IMG/VR virus record: IMGVR_UViG_2660238573_000008
From: a virus
Taxonomy: Duplodnaviria; Heunggongvirae; Uroviricota; Caudoviricetes
DNA: 4,507 nucleotides
Direction: 5' to 3' (one strand)
Positions 1-4,507 of this stretch are shown in pieces. The notes beneath the pieces are model-generated. The model saw only the letters and a program-made list of their open reading frames with translations. It had not been told where the DNA came from and did not search any database. The first letter of the stretch is position 1; each line of letters opens with the position of its first letter. A program made the translations under genes and the position numbers.

Positions 1-159
1 TAGCACTGCCAGCTGAATAACACATCCCCGTCAATACGGCCCTCGCTGTACGCTTACTATTTATCAGGATTTATCGGTTTCTGAACCCTGGATATGTTTA
101 TCTGTCCCGGCCTGTTGAATCAGGCGGGGAAAAGGTAAAGACAATCAAGAGGATTATTT

Positions 160-432
160 ATGGACAATAACACCATTTCTCTACAGGAGTTGCTCGACTG
201 CATTTCAAAGCTTCGGGATGATGTAAATGCCCTCACTGTTGCATTTTCATATTTGGCCTTATCAATTCCCAGAGAACAAATGCAACCAACACTGGCATCG
301 CTCCTGCTTGAATCACGCAACCCCAAATGGTCCCAGGAACAACAAAATTCTTTCAAGTGGCTGGCGGCATTACTGGAAGAAAAATATGCTGGTAAAATTA
401 CCATTTCGGTGGAGTCTTCAGAGAATCAGTAA
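160..432 (+). CDS. Hypothetical protein, 90 aa, unknown function
   Basis: ATG at 160 preceded by AAGAGG about 8 nt upstream; stop TAA at 430-432. The translation (MDNNTISLQELLDCISKLRDDV...) has a mixed charged/hydrophobic composition that looks protein-like. I do not recognise the family. Its 3' end overlaps the ydfR-like gene by 35 bp on the opposite strand. Confidence 0.45.
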   Translation: MDNNTISLQELLDCISKLRDDVNALTVAFSYLALSIPREQMQPTLASLLLESRNPKWSQEQQNSFKWLAALLEEKYAGKITISVESSENQ

Positions 433-742
433 TTCTTCCTGGTAGCTTTCCTTTGTAGGTTATCCACACATTCTGCGCCTCTAAAATTACGGGGCGCTTT
501 TCCGGCGACTGCTCATCCCCTTCACATAACCCGGCTGCAACTTCCAGGAAGACCTGTCTGATGCTCCTTCTGGCTGCTGCCTCATAAAACTCCAGCGCGG
601 CACCTTCAACACGGTCCAGCGAGATGTCCAGGTCAAAAATTTCACCGTCAAAGCGTTTTTTGTCCCTTAATGCTACAGTTACCGCAACTTTATTCTCAAA
701 ATTGCGGATCCCTTTCACAATCAGTTCATAGTTTTGTGTCAT
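398..742 (-). CDS. ydfR: YdfR-like prophage protein, 114 aa from the ATG at 742
   Basis: Long minus-strand ORF directly downstream of the holin gene. The internal ATG at 742 is preceded by GGGGAGAG about 7 nt upstream and lies 4 nt after the essQ stop, suggesting translational coupling. The symbol rests on synteny with K-12 Qin as I recall it (essQ then ydfR), not on a verified alignment. Confidence 0.6.
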   Translation of the reverse strand: MTQNYELIVKGIRNFENKVAVTVALRDKKRFDGEIFDLDISLDRVEGAALEFYEAAARRSIRQVFLEVAAGLCEGDEQSPEKRPVILEAQNVWITYKGKLPGRITDSLKTPPKW

Positions 743-746
743 TGAA

Positions 747-962
747 TTACTCTCCCCGTGCAACCTTACGCTTGTCTTCTTTAATCTTGAAATAAAGGTT
801 TGTCAGGTACGTCAGCAAGCCAAATACCAGACTACCCAGCACACCGATTGCAGCCCACTGTGACGGAGTTACTTTATCGAGTAACTGCAATGCCCAGAAA
901 CCAGCATTACCAGCCGATGTGCCATAGGCGATACCTGTTGTTAACTTATCCATTGATTTCAT
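747..962 (-). CDS. essQ: Class II holin (pinholin), S21-like, 71 aa
   Basis: Translation [26 protein letters not shown]...[36 protein letters not shown] closely matches my recollection of phage 21 S / EssD-EssQ holins: two transmembrane segments, a charged C-terminus and an MKSM dual-start motif. RBS GGTGAGGA upstream of the ATG at 962. Confidence 0.9.
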   Translation of the reverse strand: MKSMDKLTTGIAYGTSAGNAGFWALQLLDKVTPSQWAAIGVLGSLVFGLLTYLTNLYFKIKEDKRKVARGE

Positions 963-1149
963 ATCCTCACCCCGATGTACACAGATGGTGCAATATGTTT
1001 GAAAAGATCGGAGTCTATGGGGTAGTTTTTATAGCAAACGTTGTTCTCAACGGCGCTAAAAAACAGACACATTAAAAATGTGGGTAATTATTTTAAAAGA
1101 AAATCATATATTAAATAATAATACGAGATATGTTTTCATATTTAGTGTA

Positions 1150-1171
1150 CTGTATACGGCCATTTATACAG
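1150..1171. repeat. Inverted repeat CTGTATA-N8-TATACAG immediately upstream of the zinc-ribbon ORF RBS
   Basis: Read directly: CTGTATA (1150-1156), cggccatt, TATACAG (1165-1171). Could be an operator or an RNA hairpin next to the RBS; function unknown. Confidence 0.35.
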
Positions 1172-1180
1172 GAAAAGCCT

Positions 1181-1351
1181 ATGTCAGAACGTAAAGACTC
1201 AAAATCACGCCGTAATTATCTCGTTAAATGTTCCTGCCCAAACTGCACCCAAGAGTCAGAACACAGTTTTTCAAGAGTACAAAAAGGTGCCCTTTTGATC
1301 TGCCCTCATTGCAACAAAGTATTCCAGACAAATCTTAAAGCTGTAGCTTGA
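1181..1351 (+). CDS. Small zinc-ribbon protein, 56 aa, two CxxC motifs
   Basis: ATG at 1181 with AGGA 7 nt upstream; translation MSERKDSKSRRNYLVKCSCPNCTQESEHSFSRVQKGALLICPHCNKVFQTNLKAVA contains CPNC and CPHC spaced as in a zinc ribbon. A hairpin follows at 1417-1430. The ORF track's longer form from 1130 has no RBS. It may correspond to a small zinc-binding protein annotated in K-12 Qin, but I cannot verify that from memory. Confidence 0.5.
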   Translation: MSERKDSKSRRNYLVKCSCPNCTQESEHSFSRVQKGALLICPHCNKVFQTNLKAVA

Positions 1352-1410
1352 TTGATTTTATTCGTAACAAGTATTTTTTATATTTTAATAACATATTTAA
1401 AGCAGATAAT

Positions 1411-1433
1411 AAAAAACCCGCCTGAGCGGGTTT
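1411..1433. terminator. Bidirectional intrinsic terminator
   Basis: A-run (1411-1416), stem CCCGC (1417-1421), loop CTGA, stem GCGGG (1426-1430), then TTT. On the minus strand the hairpin is followed by TTTTTT, so it is stronger for leftward transcription (cspB side) than for rightward transcription from the zinc-ribbon ORF. Confidence 0.6.
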
Positions 1434-1714
1434 AATATTGTGGTACTTTTTGTGGGAGTCATCCACTTACGCACTTTGTTTTGCTATGCCAGCAGTTAGC
1501 TTCTGCTGTAAAACTATTCATGCAGCAAACCTGCACTTCACCACAATGGTTAGCATACTTTTCCTGATTAAGTTATTGCCAAATATGCTGGCCATTGTTT
1601 CATGTATTGGACCTCCTTACTCTTTATTAAAGAGATCCAATATTCACCACTCTGTCTGTATCTCCACTCAGGCATCAGCCTTCTTCGTTATCGTATACAG
1701 ACAAACTATGAATT

Positions 1715-1930
1715 TTAATCAGTAATTATGACATTTGCTGCTGCAGGACCTTTAGCACCACTCTCTACAGAGAAGGTAACCTTTTGACCTTCAAATAAGG
1801 TTCGATAATTATCATTCTGAATCGCAGAAAAATGCACAAACACATCTTTACTACCATCAACAGGAGAAATAAAGCCAAAACCTTTATCAGCGTTAAACCA
1901 TTTTACTAAACCAGTCATTTTATTTGACAT
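1715..1930 (-). CDS. cspB: Cold-shock protein CspB (CspA family), 70 aa
   Basis: Translation [71 protein letters not shown] carries the RNP1 (KGFGFI) and RNP2 (VFVHF) motifs and matches my recollection of E. coli CspB. RBS AAGGA upstream of the ATG at 1930. Confidence 0.93.
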   Translation of the reverse strand: MSNKMTGLVKWFNADKGFGFISPVDGSKDVFVHFSAIQNDNYRTLFEGQKVTFSVESGAKGPAAANVIITD

Positions 1931-2091
1931 TCTACATTCCTTAACTTGAGCCTTTCGGCATAAATGGCTTGTATAACAGAAACGACTTCGTACTTAATTG
2001 GAGAGACTCAAAGAAGGAATAAGTGAATAACACCTGAAATGAGAACTGCTTTAGTAAACTACTTCGTATATCGTCTGTTCTTCAAACCGAC
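1931..2091 (-). promoter_or_regulatory. Long cspB 5' leader (about 161 nt) with a cold-box-like element near its 5' end
   Basis: Minus-strand sequence GGTTTGAAGAACAGA (plus 2074-2088) resembles the cspA cold box region GGTTTGACGTACAGA. The leader length follows from the predicted promoter position; long leaders are typical of cold-inducible csp genes. Confidence 0.5.
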
Positions 2092-2097
2092 GCAATC

Positions 2098-2126
2098 ATT
2101 AACGCATAGTTGAACATATGAAGCAA
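2098..2126 (-). promoter_or_regulatory. Putative cspB sigma70 promoter
   Basis: On the minus strand: -35 TTGCTT (plus 2121-2126), 17-nt spacer, -10 GTTAAT (plus 2098-2103), with an AT-rich upstream flank. The layout resembles the cspA promoter as I recall it (TTGCAT, 17 nt, CTTAAT). Confidence 0.5.
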
Positions 2127-2230
2127 TGTTTATTTTAGACATCCAGCCATCTTCAACCCCATCAAAAAACTATAGCTTTCTTCAGGAACGTGTGTATAGT
2201 GCGCCAAGTTATCAGTATTAAGGAATTTTT

Positions 2231-2443
2231 TTGTCCCGTAAAATGACAGGAATTCTCAAAACCTTTGACGGCAAAAGCGGCAAAGGTCTTATAACCCCAT
2301 CCGATGGTCGTATCGATGTCCAGCTTCATGTTTCAGCGCTCAATCTCCGCGATGCAGAAGAAATTACCACCGGATTACGCGTGGAATTTTGCCGGATAAA
2401 TGGTCTGCGTGGACCATCAGCTGCCAATGTTTACCTTTCATGA
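2231..2443 (+). CDS. cspF: Cold-shock-like protein CspF, 70 aa, apparent TTG start
   Basis: Translation [70 protein letters not shown] matches the divergent CspF/CspH subfamily, in which the aromatic RNP1/RNP2 residues are replaced. The ORF starts at TTG 2231 with AGGA 6 nt upstream; the first ATG (2243) has no RBS at a usable distance. Confidence 0.88.
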   Translation: MSRKMTGILKTFDGKSGKGLITPSDGRIDVQLHVSALNLRDAEEITTGLRVEFCRINGLRGPSAANVYLS

Positions 2444-2497
2444 GCTATATTAAAGCTTTAACTTCAAGCCCCATCGAATCAAACATGGAGAGTTTTC

Positions 2498-2587
2498 ATG
2501 AATAAACCCGTCTGTCTTGATGACTGGTTGATTGGCTTTAAAAGCTTATGCTGTACTTTGACCTTAATAGCTCTGCTAATAATATAA
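2498..2587 (+). CDS. Candidate small hydrophobic peptide, 29 aa
   Basis: ATG at 2498 with GGAG 7 nt upstream; translation [29 protein letters not shown] has a hydrophobic C-terminal half. No homology check is possible here, so this is speculative. Confidence 0.3.
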   Translation: MNKPVCLDDWLIGFKSLCCTLTLIALLII

Positions 2588-2735
2588 TAAGCAGACTCAT
2601 TGTATCTATGGACATTGTACTGGAAGAAAGCATTTTAAACATCAGGCAAAAAACAAAGTCACCCGATAAATAATAAGTAAACTAACATGAATCCCGTAAT
2701 GAGATTCAACATCTCTATTACCCTATTTAAAGCAC

Positions 2736-2760
2736 AAAAACCCGCTCATCAGCGGGTTTT
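2736..2760. terminator. Bidirectional intrinsic terminator, candidate tR' for the late promoter
   Basis: AAAAA, stem CCCGCT (2741-2746), loop CATC, stem AGCGGG (2751-2756), TTTT, with T-runs on both strands. It lies about 40-60 nt downstream of the predicted late promoter start on the minus strand. Confidence 0.65.
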
Positions 2761-2805
2761 CTACTTTTTCTTAACTTCGGGTATACAAAGCCCATCGTTG
2801 AAAAA

Positions 2806-2834
2806 ATTTTATCCATATTTTTTGAAAAATGCAA
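2806..2834 (-). promoter_or_regulatory. Near-consensus sigma70 promoter just downstream of quuQ, candidate late promoter pR'
   Basis: On the minus strand: -35 TTGCAT (plus 2829-2834), exact 17-nt spacer, -10 TAAAAT (plus 2806-2811). It sits about 30 bp after the quuQ stop and fires toward the terminator at 2736-2760 and the lysis genes. Confidence 0.55.
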
Positions 2835-2865
2835 GCATCACGTCGCCATCTTCGGCGAAAATCAC

Positions 2866-3618
2866 TTATCTCGTCACCTTTCTCAATTGTGCTTCAGCGT
2901 AAGATTCCTCCTGCCAGCACTTTGTAACCAGTTTATCAATGACATTTGCATATCCTTTATACCACTGATAATCACTCAGGTCCGGTACCAGCTTCTGGAC
3001 ATGATGCCGCGCCAGTGTGGTTGGTAAACGACTAAACCGTTTTCCATTGCAACGCCCACAAATCTTATAAACAGGTGTGCCATGAAGCCGGGTCCTTTTT
3101 TCATCCAAGACAATACCTTTACCCTTACACCCTCTGCACGCTGTGCTGACTTCTCCCTTACCATGGCAATGCTGACATAGTTCCTTCACCCACTCTTCTT
3201 TGATAACAGATTCCCCGCTTCTGGAGTGTTTCACCACTTCGCGCAATACATTATGAAATCCAGTACCAGCACAATGCTCACAACGAGCCTTACTTGCCGC
3301 AGACCTGGAATAATCAGCAAAGGCAAAATTCACAAGGTAAGGAATAATCTGTAGCCGGGTTTCTTCACTCAATTTATTCAATGTCGGGTTATCCAGTGCC
3401 ATCGCGTAATTGAGCAGACCTTCAATCGCAAACTGAGGATCCTGAACACCAACTTTTGCCAGGAATAAGGCAAACCCAAGCGGTGCTTTCGACTGCACCA
3501 TCCCCTGCGCAGCCATCACATCCGTAATCGTTAAACCACCAGAGCCTGTCGCCGGTGCGTCATCACTCAATTTTGGAGATTTTGGGGAGTAATATTTTGG
3601 TAAGGCTTCAAGGTTCAT
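2866..3618 (-). CDS. quuQ: Late-gene antitermination protein Q (phage 82 type), 250 aa
   Basis: 250-aa ORF with RBS GGAG 7 nt upstream of the ATG at 3618. The sequence carries four CxxC motifs (CEHCAGTG, CQHCHGKG, CRGCKGKG, CGRCNGKR). I recognise the N-terminal region and overall length as Q82-like antiterminator. Position directly upstream of the promoter/terminator module fits. Confidence 0.88.
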   Translation of the reverse strand: MNLEALPKYYSPKSPKLSDDAPATGSGGLTITDVMAAQGMVQSKAPLGFALFLAKVGVQDPQFAIEGLLNYAMALDNPTLNKLSEETRLQIIPYLVNFAFADYSRSAASKARCEHCAGTGFHNVLREVVKHSRSGESVIKEEWVKELCQHCHGKGEVSTACRGCKGKGIVLDEKRTRLHGTPVYKICGRCNGKRFSRLPTTLARHHVQKLVPDLSDYQWYKGYANVIDKLVTKCWQEESYAEAQLRKVTR

Positions 3619-3631
3619 GCTCGTTCTCCAC

Positions 3632-4507
3632 TTACGCCAGTACGCCTATTGCCAGCGCACGATCGATAAAACGAAATATCAGCTCCAGCTGGGAGCCATA
3701 CTTCTCTTCAAATGCCACGGTATCCGCATGCAGCTCGTCGTGATGCTTTCTGCACAAAGGCAACACAAAAAGGTCATGCGCTTTTGTACCCATTCCCCCC
3801 TGACCGTGGCCTATCAGGTGGTGGGGATCATCAGCAGGTTTTCCACAACATGCGCACGGCTGCGTCTTAACCCAGCGCGTGTACTTTTCATTAACCCAGC
3901 GGTGACGTTTTGGGCGTAACATAAAAGACTCCGGCGACTCCGGATCCACTTTCAGCGCCAGCACCTTTTTCGCCTTATCCTGGATGATGCTGGTGGCAGG
4001 AACCGAAGGCACAAGGTCACTTTCCCGGGTAACAGACGGCACAACAGGCTTCGGTAATCTCAGTGCCTTACGGGCTGCACTTTCCGGTAAGGCATCCGCC
4101 AGATCATTACGAATCAGCCACCAGCACAGTTCCGGCATTGTCACAACATGACTGTCATCAAAACCGAGATCCCGACGCACAACAGACAACACCCAGCGGG
4201 CACAGTTATCCGTTGCCATTGATTCCAGCCGTTCCGTGAACTGATCGCGCAGCTGGTTATCGCAGTGCCAGCACAGACGGATTGCGCCCGGAGCGTGTCG
4301 CATTGTTGTCATGTTCTCGCTGTGCCAGTCGGAATGAGGCCACTGGCAGCCTTTTTCACGAAGTAACCAGCTTTCAAGACATTCCACGCCACCAGCACGA
4401 CGGATCACTGCCTCATTGCGGAACACGGCCCGAACGGCAGGATCATCCGCCAGTGAACCGCCCCGGAAATCCTGGAGACTAAACTCCCTGAGAAAGAGGT
4501 AAACAGG
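3632..4507 (-). CDS. ydfU: YdfU-like prophage protein (DUF968-like), 5' end beyond the window
   Basis: The minus-strand reading frame is open from the right edge down to the TAA at 3632-3634; I translated 4427-4507 by hand and found no stop, so the GTG at 4426 used by the ORF track is probably not the true start. The C-terminal region has CACCGKPADDPHHLIGHG...CRKHHDELH, a Cys/His cluster. The stop is 13 nt before the quuQ start. Confidence 0.8.
   Translation of the reverse strand, partial: PVYLFLREFSLQDFRGGSLADDPAVRAVFRNEAVIRRAGGVECLESWLLREKGCQWPHSDWHSENMTTMRHAPGAIRLCWHCDNQLRDQFTERLESMATDNCARWVLSVVRRDLGFDDSHVVTMPELCWWLIRNDLADALPESAARKALRLPKPVVPSVTRESDLVPSVPATSIIQDKAKKVLALKVDPESPESFMLRPKRHRWVNEKYTRWVKTQPCACCGKPADDPHHLIGHGQGGMGTKAHDLFVLPLCRKHHDELHADTVAFEEKYGSQLELIFRFIDRALAIGVLA

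Noticed and set aside
120-404. Minus-strand 94-aa ORF from the six-frame track
   Set aside because: It lies entirely within the better-supported plus-strand ORF 160-432, has no convincing RBS, and its Ser/Cys-rich translation looks like an antisense artefact.
227-445. Plus-strand 72-aa ORF in an alternate frame
   Set aside because: Nested in a different frame of the 160-432 ORF, with no RBS.
743-763. Extended start at 763 for the ydfR-like ORF (MHGESNSM...)
   Set aside because: This start would overlap the essQ 3' end and has no RBS. The ATG at 742 has a strong GGGGAGAG Shine-Dalgarno at correct spacing.
800-1075. Plus-strand 91-aa ORF
   Set aside because: Antisense to essQ over most of its length, no RBS, and an unlikely composition.
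1150-1171. Possible LexA (SOS) box
   Set aside because: The CTGT and ACAG half-sites are separated by 14 nt, not the 8 nt of the LexA consensus CTGT-N8-ACAG, so I treat it as a generic palindrome.
1130-1180. N-terminal extension of the zinc-ribbon ORF (start at 1130)
   Set aside because: No RBS before 1130, and the region is AT-rich promoter-like sequence. The ATG at 1181 has AGGA at a 7-nt spacing.
1438-1725. Plus-strand 95-aa ORF with TTG start
   Set aside because: The start sits inside the terminator tail with no RBS, the product is Cys/Phe-rich and not protein-like, and it is antisense to the cspB 3' region.
2687-2902. Plus-strand 71-aa ORF
   Set aside because: It spans the intrinsic terminator and the predicted late promoter and overlaps the quuQ 3' end; implausible as a gene.
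2976-3164. Minus-strand 62-aa ORF
   Set aside because: Alternate frame inside quuQ.
3555-3919. Plus-strand ORFs 3555-3743 and 3617-3919
   Set aside because: Antisense to quuQ and ydfU, with no RBS.
4282-4482. Plus-strand 66-aa ORF
   Set aside because: Antisense to ydfU, with no RBS.
1-4507. CRISPR arrays, tRNA/rRNA genes, insertion sequences, integrase or att sites
   Set aside because: I found no regularly spaced direct repeats, no cloverleaf-compatible segments, and no transposase-like or integrase-like ORFs or terminal inverted repeats on visual inspection.

Overview
This window looks like the late-regulatory and lysis-proximal region of a Qin-like defective lambdoid prophage of Escherichia coli. 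Gene names come from my recollection of protein families and K-12 Qin gene order, not from a database search. Reading right to left on the minus strand: a partial ydfU-like gene (runs off the right edge) is translationally coupled to quuQ (Q-type late antiterminator). Below quuQ sit a near-consensus sigma70 promoter and a bidirectional intrinsic terminator, arranged like a pR'/tR' late module. Next comes a divergent pair of cold-shock genes, cspF (+) and cspB (-), which look like inserted morons. Then follow a small zinc-ribbon ORF (+), the pinholin gene essQ (-), a ydfR-like gene (-), and an unknown 90-aa ORF (+) whose 3' end overlaps the ydfR-like gene convergently. I saw no rRNA, tRNA, CRISPR array, transposase or integrase. 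I do not see convincing evidence of a novel multi-gene system. The least-explained elements are three small candidate ORFs (a 56-aa zinc ribbon, a 29-aa hydrophobic peptide, and an 11/35-aa ORF behind a perfect Shine-Dalgarno in the long cspB 3' region), a palindrome with 7-bp arms, and the unknown 90-aa ORF at a possible mosaic junction.
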